A DNA stretch of 64,000 bases from positions 8,031 through 72,030 of the forward strand of contig CAWDVE010000009.1 in assembly GCA_963805625.1 (NCBI GenBank), written 5' to 3'. Under the pieces are notes generated by a model. The model saw nothing but the letters and a program-made list of their open reading frames with translations, was not told the origin of the DNA and ran no database searches. Shown one piece after another: positions 9,286 to 19,644 of this stretch (the first letter of the stretch is position 1; the number at the start of each line of letters is the position of its first letter). The DNA is from an uncultured Candidatus Rokubacteria bacterium (GTDB lineage: Bacteria; Methylomirabilota; Methylomirabilia; Rokubacteriales; DASRDR01). A program made the position numbers and the translations under genes.

Positions 9286-9986
9286 AGCCCGAGGTATGCC
9301 TGCCGGACGTGGTCCGAGCGAAGGAGCTGTTCGCGTGAGCCGACCAGCGTCACAGCGCCGTTCTCGACGACGTAGCCGCGGTGACACAGCCCGAGTGCGC
9401 GCCGCACGTTCTGCTCCACGAGAAGAATTGTAGTCCCCCGTCGATTGACCGTCTCGACGATTTCCATGATGTTCCGGACGGCGAGCGGCGCCAGGCCGAG
9501 CGACGGCTCATCCAGCAGGAGCAGGCGCGGCCGCGCCATGAGGCCCCGCCCGATGGCCAGCATCTGCTGCTCGCCGCCGGAGAGCGTCCCGGCACTCTGC
9601 CGCTGGCGGTCCTCCAGCCGGGGGAAGAGGGCGAACACCTCCTCCAGGCTCCCGTCCCGCGCGGCCCGGGCGGCCGGTGTTCGGGCTCCCATCTCGAGGT
9701 TCTCGAGGACCGTCAGGGACGGGAACACCTGGCGGCCCTCGGGGACGTGCGCGAGCCCGAGGGCGACGATTTGGCGAGGATCGAGACCGGCCAGCGAGCG
9801 GCCCTCGAACAGGACCCGCCCCCCGCGGAGGGGCAGGAGCCCGCTGATCGCGCGCAGGGTCGTCGTCTTCCCCGCCCCGTTGGCCCCGATCAGGGCGACG
9901 CACTCACCGGGACGAACCTCGAGCGACATCGAGCGGACCGCGAGCACGTCTCCGTAGCCCGCCGCGACCCCCTCAAGCGCCAGCAC
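9282..9986 (-). CDS. livF: Branched-chain amino acid-type ABC transporter ATPase
   Basis: GANGAGKT, LSGGEQQM, LLLDEPSLGLAP; start inferred from GGAGG spacing. Confidence 0.92.
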   Translation of the reverse strand: MLALEGVAAGYGDVLAVRSMSLEVRPGECVALIGANGAGKTTTLRAISGLLPLRGGRVLFEGRSLAGLDPRQIVALGLAHVPEGRQVFPSLTVLENLEMGARTPAARAARDGSLEEVFALFPRLEDRQRQSAGTLSGGEQQMLAIGRGLMARPRLLLLDEPSLGLAPLAVRNIMEIVETVNRRGTTILLVEQNVRRALGLCHRGYVVENGAVTLVGSREQLLRSDHVRQAYLGL

Positions 9987-10722
9987 GTCCACCCTCCATC
10001 GCGCCACCGTACGCCTCGCCGAGATACGCCTCCACCACCTGCGGGTCGCGCGCGATCACTCCCGGTGGCCCCGAGGCAATCACCTGGCCCTGATTCAACA
10101 CAACGATCCGCCGGGAGAGCGCCATGACGGCCCGCATGACGTGCTCGATCAGAAGGATCGCGATACCGCGGGCGTTGATTGCCCGGCAGAGCTCGATGAT
10201 CCACTCCGTCTCGGTCGGCGTCAGGCCGGCCATCACCTCGTCGAGCAGCAGAAGCCGGGGCTCCGTCGCCAGGGCCCGCGCCAGCTCGAGCCGCTTGCGA
10301 TCAGCGAGCGTGAGGCCACTGGCGGTCCGGTCGGCCCGGTCCTCGAGACCCACGAGGGCGAGGACCTCTCGAGCCTTCCTGGTGGCGGCCCCGAACGGCC
10401 GCGTCCGAGCCAGCGCTCCCACGCGCACGTTCTCCAGCACGGTGAGCCCCTGGAACGGCTTGACGATCTGGAAGGTGCGGCCGAGGCCACGCCGGCAGAC
10501 CTCGTGGGGCCGGAGCCCCCGAGTGGACACGCCGTCGAACCGCACGTCGCCTTGGTCCGGCGCGAGGAAGCCGGAGATCACGTGGAACAGGGTCGTCTTG
10601 CCCGCGCCGTTCGGCCCGATGAGGCCCACGATCTCTCCTGGCGCGACATCGAGGCTCACCCCGGACACGGCCTGGAGTCCGCCGAACCGCTTCCCGACGT
10701 TCGCTACCTCGAGGAGCGCCAC
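9973..10722 (-). CDS. livG: Branched-chain amino acid-type ABC transporter ATPase
   Basis: KRFGGL, GPNGAGKTT, RTFQ, LLLDEVMAGL, EAYLG. Confidence 0.92.
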   Translation of the reverse strand: MALLEVANVGKRFGGLQAVSGVSLDVAPGEIVGLIGPNGAGKTTLFHVISGFLAPDQGDVRFDGVSTRGLRPHEVCRRGLGRTFQIVKPFQGLTVLENVRVGALARTRPFGAATRKAREVLALVGLEDRADRTASGLTLADRKRLELARALATEPRLLLLDEVMAGLTPTETEWIIELCRAINARGIAILLIEHVMRAVMALSRRIVVLNQGQVIASGPPGVIARDPQVVEAYLGEAYGGAMEGGRAGA

Positions 10723-10723
10723 G

Positions 10724-11692
10724 TCAGGCGCCCCCCGGCCGGCGACGCGCCCAGGCGCGTCGGAGATGCGGGTAGGCGCCCTGGGGAAGGAACAGCACGA
10801 TCCCGACCAGGAGCACGCCGTAGACGACGAGGTGGAGACCGCTCCAGCCGGGTCGGGTGAAGTAGATGCGGGCGATCTCGGCCAGCGGCGAGAGGATCAG
10901 AGACCCCAGGAGGGGTCCCAGCAACGTCCCCGCCCCCCCGACGACGGGCCGGATGATGATGTCCACCGAGAGGGGGATGCCGAACACGGCATTCGGCTGG
11001 AGCGAGAACAGATAGTTCGCGTAGAAGGCCCCCCCGAGTCCCGTCAGAAACGCCGAGAGAACGATAGCGTAGAGCTTGTAGCGGAAGGTGTCGACACCTA
11101 GCGCTTCGGCGGCATCCTCGTCCTCCCGGATCGCCACGAGATACGCACCCAGGCGGCTTCGCTCGACCAGCGCGACGACGCCCGTCGCCAGCAGCATCAG
11201 GGCCAGCGCGAGGTAGTAGTACGCGCGGTTGTCCTGGAACTGGAGCTGCCAGGGGTTGCCGGTGAACGTGATGTACAGGCCGAGCGCGCCTCCCATGGCG
11301 TCGGTGTTGAGCGTGACGATCCGGCACACCTCGGCGAACGCCACCGTCAGCAGGACGAAGTAGAAGCCGCGCAGTCCGAACCGGAAGCCCAGGCCCCCGA
11401 TGATTGCCCCCAGCCCCGCCGCCAGCACCCCGCCGGCCAGCATCCCGATCCAGGGCGACAACCCCCAGTGGAGCGAGAGCAGCGTCGTCGCGTACCCGCC
11501 CACTCCGACGAAGGCGGCGTGACCCGCCGAGAGCTGGCCGGCGTAGCCACCGAGCACGTTCCAGGCCTGCCCGAGGTAGCCGTAGAAGAAGATGAAGATG
11601 AACACGGTGACGGCGTAGGAGCTCAGCACAGCCGGCAAGGTCAGCAGCACCACGACGGCCAAGCCGCCGAGGCACAGTGCGCGCCGGCTCAC
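10724..11692 (-). CDS. livM: Branched-chain amino acid-type ABC transporter permease
   Basis: WNVLGGYAGQLSAGHAAF, AIREDEDAAEALGV, VVGGAGT. Confidence 0.92.
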   Translation of the reverse strand: MSRRALCLGGLAVVVLLTLPAVLSSYAVTVFIFIFFYGYLGQAWNVLGGYAGQLSAGHAAFVGVGGYATTLLSLHWGLSPWIGMLAGGVLAAGLGAIIGGLGFRFGLRGFYFVLLTVAFAEVCRIVTLNTDAMGGALGLYITFTGNPWQLQFQDNRAYYYLALALMLLATGVVALVERSRLGAYLVAIREDEDAAEALGVDTFRYKLYAIVLSAFLTGLGGAFYANYLFSLQPNAVFGIPLSVDIIIRPVVGGAGTLLGPLLGSLILSPLAEIARIYFTRPGWSGLHLVVYGVLLVGIVLFLPQGAYPHLRRAWARRRPGGA

Positions 11693-11801
11693 GGTCCAGG
11701 CCTTCGCACGCCGGAGCGGCCTGACCGCCCCGGGTGTCGCCGGGGGCGCCCCGCCGCGGCGCGCGTGGTGGCCACCACCCGAGGCGACGGACGACGCGGC
11801 G

Positions 11802-12671
11802 TCATGCGCGGCGCCCGAAGAGGCCGGCGGGCCGAAACAGGAGGATGACGATCAGCATTCCGAAGCTCACGAGCTCCTTCATCGACGGCGACAGGAACAC
11901 CGCGCCGAGCGACTCCGCCACCGAGACGAGGAGGCCTCCCGCGAATGCGCCCGGCAGACTCCCCATGCCCCCGATGATGACGATGTTGAACGACGCCACG
12001 GACGCCGACAGGCCCACCGAGGGCGAGAACGGCAGGATCGGGGAGACCAGCGCTCCGGCGGCCCCGACGCACGCCGCGCCGATCCCGAACGCCGTGGCGT
12101 AGACGCGCCGAACGTCCGTTCCGACCACGAGGGCGCCATAGGGGTTGTCGGCGGTCGCCCGCATCGTGCGCCCGAGATCCGTCCAGCGGAGAAAGAGCCA
12201 CAGGGCACACGTGAGCGCGAGCGCGACGGTGAACGCGGCGAGGCGAGCCAGATCGACGAACACCGGGCCGATCCAGAGCGTGGCGCCGGTCAGCGACGAG
12301 CGTACGCGCTGGGGATCCGGGCCGAACGCCACAAGCGCGGTGTTCTCGAGCACCAGGCCCACGCCGAGGAGCAGGAGGATCTGCATCTCGTGGGGCGAGT
12401 CCCGGATCCGGTCCACGAGGCTCCGCTGGACGAGAACCCCCAGGGCGAAGAGCGCCGCTGCGGACACGGCAAAGCCCAGCGTGGGATCGATCCCCAGGCG
12501 CGTCGCCAGAATCCATGCGAGGTACATGCCCCAGACCATCATGTCCCCGTGTGCGAAGTTGACGACGCGCATCACCCCGAAGATCAAGGTGAGCCCGACC
12601 GCCATCAGACTGTAGACGCCGCCGAACAGGACGCCGCTGACGAGGCTCTGGGCGATCAGCGTCGGGTTCAT
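11802..12671 (-). CDS. livH: Branched-chain amino acid-type ABC transporter permease
   Basis: GLTLIFGVMRVVNFAHG, IIGGMGS, RPAGLFG. Confidence 0.92.
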   Translation of the reverse strand: MNPTLIAQSLVSGVLFGGVYSLMAVGLTLIFGVMRVVNFAHGDMMVWGMYLAWILATRLGIDPTLGFAVSAAALFALGVLVQRSLVDRIRDSPHEMQILLLLGVGLVLENTALVAFGPDPQRVRSSLTGATLWIGPVFVDLARLAAFTVALALTCALWLFLRWTDLGRTMRATADNPYGALVVGTDVRRVYATAFGIGAACVGAAGALVSPILPFSPSVGLSASVASFNIVIIGGMGSLPGAFAGGLLVSVAESLGAVFLSPSMKELVSFGMLIVILLFRPAGLFGRRA

Positions 12672-12700
12672 CGGAGTCGGTGCGCGAGGGAAGAGCCCGG

Positions 12701-12725
12701 GGAGGACGGGAGCGGCCCGTCCTCC
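12701..12725 (-). terminator. Stem-loop after the binding-protein gene (attenuating or mRNA-stabilising hairpin)
   Basis: GGAGGACGGG-N5-CCCGTCCTCC, a 10-bp stem between livK and livH. Confidence 0.45.
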
Positions 12726-12809
12726 GCGACGGATCAACCGGACCGGGGGGCTGTCTCGTGGCCCCGACGGCCGGGGCTCACGGGGCCCGCCATCGGCCAG
12801 CTCACCGGG

Positions 12810-14084
12810 TCATCGCTTCGGCCGCGGGAACACGAGCTTCTGCTCGGCCGCCTCCCTCGGCCAGACGACGACGGGCTTCTGGCCGAGGATCTGGATCATG
12901 GCGGTGCCCGTGTTGGGGTTGTCGCCGATCTCGTTGAACACCACCGGGCCGACCGACACCGCGAGGGCCCCCGTGAACCGCGTCTGCTTGATCGCGTCGA
13001 CGACGGCGTCGGGCCTAGTCGACTTGGCGCGCTCGAGCACGTCCGCCACGACGAGGATGCCGTCGTAGGAGTAGACGGAGTTAGTGTCGAAGGTCTTGCC
13101 CCCGGTGCGCTTCGCGTATTCCTCGGCGACCCGCCTGGCCTGCGGGTTCTTGAAGTTCGGCCAGGGCACGTTGTCCATGACGAACTCGAGGTCCCCCTTG
13201 AGCTTCTCGATCTGGCCCGCCTCGTAGAGCCCGGGCGACCCGGGCCCGATGATGCCCATCGCGTCAACGCGCTGCCGGGCGATCTCGGGCAGCAGGAGGA
13301 GCGCGCTGGCCGGCCGCGTGATCGGGGCGATGATGTCGGGCTTCGCCGCCTTGAGCCGGGCGACCTCGGTGGACAGGTCGGCGGGCGGCTCGGGCCACGG
13401 GATGACCTCCACGATGTCCCACGCGGGGCCCGCCGCCTTGTGGGCCGCCTGGAACGACCGCGCCTGCACCTGGCCGAACAGGTCGTTCGCGTACATCAGC
13501 ACGACCCGCTTCGGGGCGACCCCGGCCTCCCTGAAAATGTCGCCCATGAACTGGACGGCCCGCTGGCCAAACATGCTGCCCGTCGGGAAGTTGCGGTAGA
13601 CGTACTGCACCTTCTGCTGGCCGTCCTTGACTGACTTCGCGACGTTCGCCGTGATGGGGTCGGCAGCGGAGATGTCGATCAGGAACGGGATCTGGCGCTG
13701 CTGGGCGACCGGCACGATGGCGGCGGAGTCGCCGGAGCTGAAGGCGCCCATCAGGAGCTGGGCTCCCGCGTTCACCAGGCGCTCCGCCTCCGGCCGCGCA
13801 ACATCGGGCTTGGACTGCGTGTCGCCGAGCAGGAGCTCGAGACGGGCCCCTCCGAGGGCCTTGATCCCGCCGGCGGCGTTGATCTCCTCGGCCCCCATCT
13901 CGGCGCCGGCGCGGCAGGCCTGGCCGGGCTCGGCCAGCGGCCCCGTCACCGGGTGGATGACACCGATCTTGACCGTCGGCGGCTGAGCTCGCAAGATCGC
14001 CGGGAACCCGAGCGCGGACACTCCCACCGCGGCGCCCGCCCCCGTCACAAACGACCGCCGTCCGAGCCGGTACCTCTTACCCAT
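12810..14084 (-). CDS. ABC transporter substrate-binding protein, LivK/LivJ family, Tat signal
   Basis: RRSFV twin-arginine leader; [26 protein letters not shown]. Confidence 0.9.
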   Translation of the reverse strand: MGKRYRLGRRSFVTGAGAAVGVSALGFPAILRAQPPTVKIGVIHPVTGPLAEPGQACRAGAEMGAEEINAAGGIKALGGARLELLLGDTQSKPDVARPEAERLVNAGAQLLMGAFSSGDSAAIVPVAQQRQIPFLIDISAADPITANVAKSVKDGQQKVQYVYRNFPTGSMFGQRAVQFMGDIFREAGVAPKRVVLMYANDLFGQVQARSFQAAHKAAGPAWDIVEVIPWPEPPADLSTEVARLKAAKPDIIAPITRPASALLLLPEIARQRVDAMGIIGPGSPGLYEAGQIEKLKGDLEFVMDNVPWPNFKNPQARRVAEEYAKRTGGKTFDTNSVYSYDGILVVADVLERAKSTRPDAVVDAIKQTRFTGALAVSVGPVVFNEIGDNPNTGTAMIQILGQKPVVVWPREAAEQKLVFPRPKR

Positions 14085-15252
14085 CGGCGTCTCCTCGCTC
14101 CGCCCAGCGGAGGCCGAGCAGCTCGCGCGCGATGACGAGCCGCTGGATCTGGTTGGTGCCCTCGTAGATCTGCATGATCTTCGCGTCCCGCATGAAGCGC
14201 TCCACCGGGACCTCCCGAGTGTACCCGACCCCGCCGAAGACCTGCACCGCGTCGGTTGCGACCTTCATCGCCGCGTCCGCAGCAAAGCACTTGGCCATCG
14301 AGGCCTCGAGCACGGTGCCCGCGACGCCCCGGTCGACCAGGCTCGCAACGTGGTGGACCATGAGCCGCGCCCCGTGGACTTGCATCGCCATATCGGCGAG
14401 CATGAACTGGATCCCCTGGAACGCCGCGATGGGCTGGCCGAACTGCCGGCGCTCCTTAGCGTACCCCGTAGCGGCGTCGAGGGCCGCCTGGGCGACTCCG
14501 ACCGCGGTCGCGCCGGTCATGGGCCGCGTGAAGTCCAGGGTCCGCATGGCGATACGGAAGCCCTCGCCCTCCTCTCCGAGGCGGTTCTCCGCGAGCACCT
14601 CGCAATCCTGCAGGTGGAGTGCAACCGTCGGGGACGCGCGGATCCCCATCTTGCGCTCCTGCTTGCCGATGGCGAAGCCGGGAAACCCCGGCTCGATGAG
14701 GAACGCGGTGATCCCCCGCGGTCCCTTGCCGGGGTCCACGGTCGCGAACAGCGTGATGACACCCGCGTGCGAGCCGTTGGAGCACCAGAGCTTGGTCCCG
14801 TTGAGGACGTACCGGTCCCCTCTCCTGACGGCCGTGGTCCGGAGGGATGCGGCGTCCGAGCCCGCGTCGGGCTCCGAGAGCGAGTAGGCGGCGAGGAGCT
14901 CCCCCGCGGCGATCCGCGGCAGGTAACGGCGCTTCTGGGTCTCGGTACCCGCCAGGAGGATGGGGTACCCGCCGAGGGGCGTCGCGCCCCAGTTCGTCGC
15001 GGTGGCCGCGCACGCCCACGCGATCTCCTCGGCCACGAGGGCGACGGCCAGAGCGCCCATGTCACTGCCGCCGTAGGCCTCCGGAAGCCAGATCCCCATC
15101 AGCCCCTGCTGCCCGAGGAGCCGCATGGGCTCCTCGGGATACGTCTCCGTCTCGTCGTGATGCGCGGCAACCGGGGCAATCTTCTCCCGGGCGATCGACC
15201 GCGCGAGCTCCATCACCATCCGCTGCTCGTCGGAGATGTAATAGAGGTGCAT
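14077..15252 (-). CDS. Acyl-CoA dehydrogenase
   Basis: [48 protein letters not shown]. Confidence 0.95.
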   Translation of the reverse strand: MHLYYISDEQRMVMELARSIAREKIAPVAAHHDETETYPEEPMRLLGQQGLMGIWLPEAYGGSDMGALAVALVAEEIAWACAATATNWGATPLGGYPILLAGTETQKRRYLPRIAAGELLAAYSLSEPDAGSDAASLRTTAVRRGDRYVLNGTKLWCSNGSHAGVITLFATVDPGKGPRGITAFLIEPGFPGFAIGKQERKMGIRASPTVALHLQDCEVLAENRLGEEGEGFRIAMRTLDFTRPMTGATAVGVAQAALDAATGYAKERRQFGQPIAAFQGIQFMLADMAMQVHGARLMVHHVASLVDRGVAGTVLEASMAKCFAADAAMKVATDAVQVFGGVGYTREVPVERFMRDAKIMQIYEGTNQIQRLVIARELLGLRWAERGDADG

Positions 15253-15308
15253 GGTCTACTCCCACTCCTCCGCGCGGGGGTGGCGATCTGCCCCTCGCCA
15301 CCCGGCGG

Positions 15309-15974
15309 TCATCGAAGCCGGAAGCTTCGCAGGATCGTGTCGAACGTCATCGCCTCCCCGTCGAACTCGGCCGCGAGCGCCTGACCCACGACCACGAAGG
15401 CGCGGCGGTCTTGGAAGGTGCACAGCGCGATCGCGCGCACGAGCGCCCCGTCCACGTAGCCCTTGAAGTCGAGCCGTGCCGCCGGCCGGCCCTCGATCCG
15501 GACAGGACGGGTGGGCGTCACGGTCTCCGGATCGTTCATCCCGCTCCGCAGGCGCTCGCACGCCTCGATCACATCCCCGGGAGGCTTTGGCAGGTCCTGA
15601 ACCATCAGCACGACCTGTGGCGCCACCTCCCGGCCGAGGACGGGCACCTTCGACACGATCACCGCGAACCCCGCCGCTTTCACGGGGTCGGTGTCGCCGC
15701 TCGCTGCCGGCATCCCGGCGGCCTTCCGGGCGACATCGATGACCGTCGAGGCGGTGATGAAGTGCCAGCGCGGGGGCTTCTCGATCTGGACGCCGTAGCG
15801 GGGGTTCTGGTAGCGGTCGCCGTCGACCCGGTCCTGCGCCGCCGCGGGCACGGCGACGGTGCCGGCGAGGAGGAGGGTGAGCGCCCCGAGAAGCCGCGCG
15901 TGGCGTCGCGGTGCGGGCGCGCGACGTCGACGCCGAGAGGTCGCGGCGAGCGGCACCGGAACCTGGCGCGCCAT
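15309..15974 (-). CDS. Exported hypothetical protein (PsbP/DcrB-like fold suspected)
   Basis: Signal-peptide-like segment ending AAAQ; YGVQIEKPPRW and FDTILRSFR pattern. Confidence 0.65.
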   Translation of the reverse strand: MARQVPVPLAATSRRRRRAPAPRRHARLLGALTLLLAGTVAVPAAAQDRVDGDRYQNPRYGVQIEKPPRWHFITASTVIDVARKAAGMPAASGDTDPVKAAGFAVIVSKVPVLGREVAPQVVLMVQDLPKPPGDVIEACERLRSGMNDPETVTPTRPVRIEGRPAARLDFKGYVDGALVRAIALCTFQDRRAFVVVGQALAAEFDGEAMTFDTILRSFRLR

Positions 15975-15984
15975 CGGGTCGCCG

Positions 15985-16842
15985 CTATCGCGCCGGATGG
16001 TCGTAGAACCCCTTCCCGCTCTTCCGGCCGAGGTGGCCGGCCATGACCATGCGCCGGAGGAGCGGCGGCGGGGCGAAGCGGGCCTCGCGGAACTCCTGGA
16101 ACATCACCTCGGCCACGTACAGCGTCGTGTCCAGGCCCACCAGGTCGAGGAGCGTGAACGGGCCCATAGGGTAGCCGCACCCGAGCTTCATCGCCTGATC
16201 GATGTCCTCCTTCGAGGCCACGCCAGACTCGAGCACGCGGATCGCCTCCAGGAGGTACGGCACGAGAAGCCGGTTCACGACGAATCCCGTGGTGTCCTGC
16301 GCGGCGATGGGCGTCTTGCCGAGCGACTGGACGAACGCCCAGGCCGTCTTGACGGCCGGGTCCCCCGTGAGAATCGTCCGGATGACCTCGACGAGCTTCA
16401 TCACCGGAGCGGGGTTGAAGAAGTGGAGCCCGAGCACCTGCGCGGACCGCTTCGTCGCAGCAGCCAGCTCGGTGATCGTACACGACGATGTGTTCGACGC
16501 CAGGATGGCATGCGGAGGGCAGACGCGGTCGAGACGCGCGAACGTTTCCTTCTTGATCGCCGGGTTCTCGGTGATCGCCTCGATGACGAGGTCGACATCC
16601 CCGAGATCCTCGAGCCGCACGGTCCCGGCGAGGCGGCCCCGGGCAGCGTCGCGCTGCTCGGGGGCGAGCCGTCCCTTGTCGACCAGGCCGTCCAGGCTCC
16701 GGTGGATCGCCTGGAGTCCACGGTCCAGCAGGCTCTGGTCCGCCTCGACTACCCTGGTGCCGTATCCCGACTGGGCCACGACCTGGGCGATGCCACCCCC
16801 CATGAGCCCGCATCCGACCACGCCGACCTTCGAGATTGTCAT
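15985..16842 (-). CDS. 3-hydroxybutyryl-CoA / 3-hydroxyacyl-CoA dehydrogenase
   Basis: VGVVGCGLMGGGIA, LASNTSS, GLHFFNPAPVMKLVE, GFVVNRLL, YPMGPF. Confidence 0.95.
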   Translation of the reverse strand: MTISKVGVVGCGLMGGGIAQVVAQSGYGTRVVEADQSLLDRGLQAIHRSLDGLVDKGRLAPEQRDAARGRLAGTVRLEDLGDVDLVIEAITENPAIKKETFARLDRVCPPHAILASNTSSCTITELAAATKRSAQVLGLHFFNPAPVMKLVEVIRTILTGDPAVKTAWAFVQSLGKTPIAAQDTTGFVVNRLLVPYLLEAIRVLESGVASKEDIDQAMKLGCGYPMGPFTLLDLVGLDTTLYVAEVMFQEFREARFAPPPLLRRMVMAGHLGRKSGKGFYDHPAR

Positions 16843-16866
16843 CCGCCCTCCGTTCCGGGGTGGTCC

Positions 16867-17496
16867 TTACAGCCGCGGGCCCGTGCCAACAGAGGGCCGT
16901 GGCGCGGGCATGCCGCCGGACCCGTGGTGCATCCCGCCGCTCAGCATCGTCTGGAGGTGAGTCCGCTGCTCGGAGGTCAGGACCGCCTTGCCCTGCTCGA
17001 CCGCGCGGAGCCGCCCGATCCGGAGGTCGGCCCTGAGCTGCGCCAGCTCCCGCATCTTGGCCTCGGCCTTCGCGAGGTCCACCGCATCTTGCTCGAGCAG
17101 CGAGGCCAGATCGAGCTCGGCGATCCGGATGTCGGCGCCGCGGCGGATCGCTTCCCGCGTGAAGTCACCGCGGAGGGCCTCCAGCCGGGTGACCTGGTCG
17201 GGGCTCAGCCCGAGCTCGGTCCGGTGGTGGAGCATGATGGTGATGAGCGGCCGCTCCGCGGGATCCCCCCTCATGCGTCCCATCGGGCCGCCCATGGAGC
17301 CCATGCCCCCACGACCGGGGTGCAGCTGCTGGGCCAGCTCGGTGCCGAAGCTTCCGAGGCGAGTCGCCAGCTGGTCGACCAGCCGCCCGGCCTCCTCGAA
17401 GGCGCCGGCGGGGGCGTCCGCCCAGGCGGGCACGACGACGGCGGCCGGCGCCACGGTCACGAAAAATGCGAGCACCATCGCTCTCATACGAGCCAC
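16867..17496 (-). CDS. Spy/CpxP-like periplasmic protein
   Basis: Signal peptide, Gly/Met-rich linker, LGLSPDQ and LTSEQR motifs. Start may be the ATG at 17487. Confidence 0.8.
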   Translation of the reverse strand: MARMRAMVLAFFVTVAPAAVVVPAWADAPAGAFEEAGRLVDQLATRLGSFGTELAQQLHPGRGGMGSMGGPMGRMRGDPAERPLITIMLHHRTELGLSPDQVTRLEALRGDFTREAIRRGADIRIAELDLASLLEQDAVDLAKAEAKMRELAQLRADLRIGRLRAVEQGKAVLTSEQRTHLQTMLSGGMHHGSGGMPAPRPSVGTGPRL

Positions 17497-17520
17497 CCTA
17501 CCTTCTCCCGCGCCGCCCCA

Positions 17521-18045
17521 TCACTCGTAGATGATCAGGGACGTCACCGGGTAGTCCTTCAGCTTCGCGCGGCCGTCAAGGAAGGCCAGCTCGATCAGGA
17601 AGGCCAGCCCTACCACGACCCCACCGCACTGTTCGACGAGCCGGAGGGTCGCCGCCATCGTCCCCCCCGTGGCCAGCAGGTCGTCCACGACCAGGACACG
17701 CTGGCCGGGAGCGATCGCATCCTCGTGCATGGCCAAGGCGTCCCGCCCGTACTCGAGCTCGTACTCCACCTCGATGGTCTTGGCCGGGAGCTTTCCGAGC
17801 TTCCGGACAGGGACGAACCCCGCCCCCAGCTGATGCGCCAGGGCGCCCCCGAAGATGAACCCGCGAGACTCGACCCCTACGACGATCTCGACGCCCGACT
17901 GGATGTAGTGGGTGGCAAGCTCGTCGAGGACGCACTTGAAGGCCTTCGGGTCCTTCAGGAGGGTCGTGATGTCCTTGAAGAGGATGCCCTCCGTCGGAAA
18001 GTCCTTGATGTCCCGGATCTTGGCCCTCAGCTCGGACGCCTCCAT
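17521..18045 (-). CDS. apt: Adenine phosphoribosyltransferase
   Basis: DFPTEGILFKDIT, GVESRGF, RKLGKLP, YELEYG, VDDLLATGGT. Confidence 0.96.
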   Translation of the reverse strand: MEASELRAKIRDIKDFPTEGILFKDITTLLKDPKAFKCVLDELATHYIQSGVEIVVGVESRGFIFGGALAHQLGAGFVPVRKLGKLPAKTIEVEYELEYGRDALAMHEDAIAPGQRVLVVDDLLATGGTMAATLRLVEQCGGVVVGLAFLIELAFLDGRAKLKDYPVTSLIIYE

Positions 18046-18233
18046 GGCGAGTCTCCCCCCTTTCAGGACCGGCAGCGGGCACATCGCGGCGCCGCCTTTG
18101 CCGCGTGTGACTTCATCATAGCCCGGGGCGGGCTATCTGAGGCTCCACGATGCCCTTCATGAATGGCGGTAGGGTCATCGTAGCGACGGCGGCCCGAGGC
18201 CGCAACCTCATCCCTTGGCCAAGCGGCCGCCGG

Positions 18234-18968
18234 TCACTCGAAACGGCTGACGAGGCACGGCAGATCCGCGAACCGCCGCAGGACGCCGTCGGCCGCCGCC
18301 GGCGGCGCCGATGGATCGGGGACGTAGTGGATGGCCCGCATTCCGACGCCCCGTGCGCCGGCCACGTCGGTCACCGCATCGTCGCCGACGTGCACGGCTC
18401 CGGCAGGGTCCATCCCCGCCTGGTCGAGCACCCGATGGAAGATCGCGGGCGCCGGCTTGCGGACACCCGCCTCGTCGGAGAAGGCGAGGACGTCGAAGCA
18501 CGGCAGGAGTCCCGCGTCCCCGAGAAGGCGCCGCAGCACCCGGCCCGGCGTCCGGCCCGTATTCGAGATCACACCCAGCCGGAGACCGCGCGCCCGGATC
18601 TCGTGCACGGCCTCCACGGCCGCGGGGGTGATCTCCGGGCGGTGCGTCAGCGCCGGCTCCTGGTAGACGCGGGCGATTCGGCCGAGCGTCCCCGGATCGA
18701 GCGTCGCGGGAAGCACCGGGTCGAGCGCGGCGAGAAACATCCGGAGCTGCTCGTCGGGGGCCATGTCACGGTGCTCCCGCCACACGACCGTGAACGCCTC
18801 CCCGGCCCGGGTGTCGGCCGCCGCCAGCTCGGGGGCGGCGTACAGATGCCCGGCCTCGGCCAGGGCCTCCCGGACCCCCTCGAGGCGGAGGACATGGGCG
18901 CGGCGGAGGCTGTCCCGCGTGTCGGCGAACAGCGTCTGCCAGAAGTCGAGCGTGACGAGCCCGATCAT
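18234..18968 (-). CDS. HAD family hydrolase
   Basis: LDFWQTL, GVISNT, RKPAPAIF, HVGDD..TDVAGA; the real gene is the C-terminal part of the 480-aa ORF. Confidence 0.88.
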   Translation of the reverse strand: MIGLVTLDFWQTLFADTRDSLRRAHVLRLEGVREALAEAGHLYAAPELAAADTRAGEAFTVVWREHRDMAPDEQLRMFLAALDPVLPATLDPGTLGRIARVYQEPALTHRPEITPAAVEAVHEIRARGLRLGVISNTGRTPGRVLRRLLGDAGLLPCFDVLAFSDEAGVRKPAPAIFHRVLDQAGMDPAGAVHVGDDAVTDVAGARGVGMRAIHYVPDPSAPPAAADGVLRRFADLPCLVSRFE

Positions 18969-19011
18969 CGGAACCCGGCGCGCGGGCAGCCGCCGCCGAC
19001 CCCGCCCTTCC

Positions 19012-19137
19012 TCACCAGGGTCCCTCGACTGCCGGGAGAATGACCGCCTCGAGGAGGATGCCATCGTCCCGGACCAGCCCGTCGTCGGAGAATCTCTCGG
19101 GGTCCCACTCCAGCTCGTCGGTGAGCCCGTTCGCCAT
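19012..19137 (-). CDS. Small acidic hypothetical peptide (41 aa)
   Basis: MANGLTDELEWDPERFSDDGLVRDDGILLEAVILPAVEGPW fills the MaoC-HAD gap; no clear RBS. Confidence 0.35.
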   Translation of the reverse strand: MANGLTDELEWDPERFSDDGLVRDDGILLEAVILPAVEGPW

Positions 19138-19159
19138 CGGAGTATCGTGGGCCCCGAGC

Positions 19160-19603
19160 CTACGCCTCGACGACCTTCAGGATGTGCGTGGCGACCGCGA
19201 CGACCTCGCCCCGCTGGTTCGTCACGGTCACCTTGGCGAACGACTTCCGGGCCGCCTCGTCCCGCTCGGCGATCTCGTAGGTCACCGTGACGGTATCGCC
19301 AATGAACACGGCCCCCGGGAAGCGGATGCGGTCGTACCCGTACGACACGATCGTTCCCGGCAGGCTTGCGCACATCTTCGTCGAGGCCTGTGACATGTAG
19401 GCGACCATCAGAGCGCCGTGGGCGATCCGGCGGCCATACCGCGTCGCCTTCATGTACTCCTCGTCGACGTGATTCGGGCTGAAGTCGCCGGAGATGCCGG
19501 CAAAGAGGTACACGTCCGTCTCGCCGACCGTCTTGCGGACGCTGACCGTCTTCCCGATGGTCAGGGCCGCCATGGCCGTGTCGGTCCCGGTGCGCGTCGT
19601 CAT
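19160..19603 (-). CDS. MaoC family dehydratase
   Basis: FAGISGDFSPNHVD, RIAHGAL, RFPGAVFIGDTVT. Confidence 0.9.
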   Translation of the reverse strand: MTTRTGTDTAMAALTIGKTVSVRKTVGETDVYLFAGISGDFSPNHVDEEYMKATRYGRRIAHGALMVAYMSQASTKMCASLPGTIVSYGYDRIRFPGAVFIGDTVTVTYEIAERDEAARKSFAKVTVTNQRGEVVAVATHILKVVEA

Positions 19604-19644
19604 GCTCTGGCTCCCTTCGATTCCTCGACCACCACTCGTCTCCC

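Noticed and set aside
4558-9375. 1605-aa + strand ORF and other long antisense ORFs (e.g. 45720-49004, 26869-29613, 51488-54202, 31479-34022)
   Set aside because: Shadow frames of real minus-strand genes in high-GC DNA; no motifs.
12734-12813. Chain of two tiny overlapping ORFs leading from livK towards livH
   Set aside because: Depends on a TTG start and several hops; easily due to chance, so not counted among the relay ORFs.
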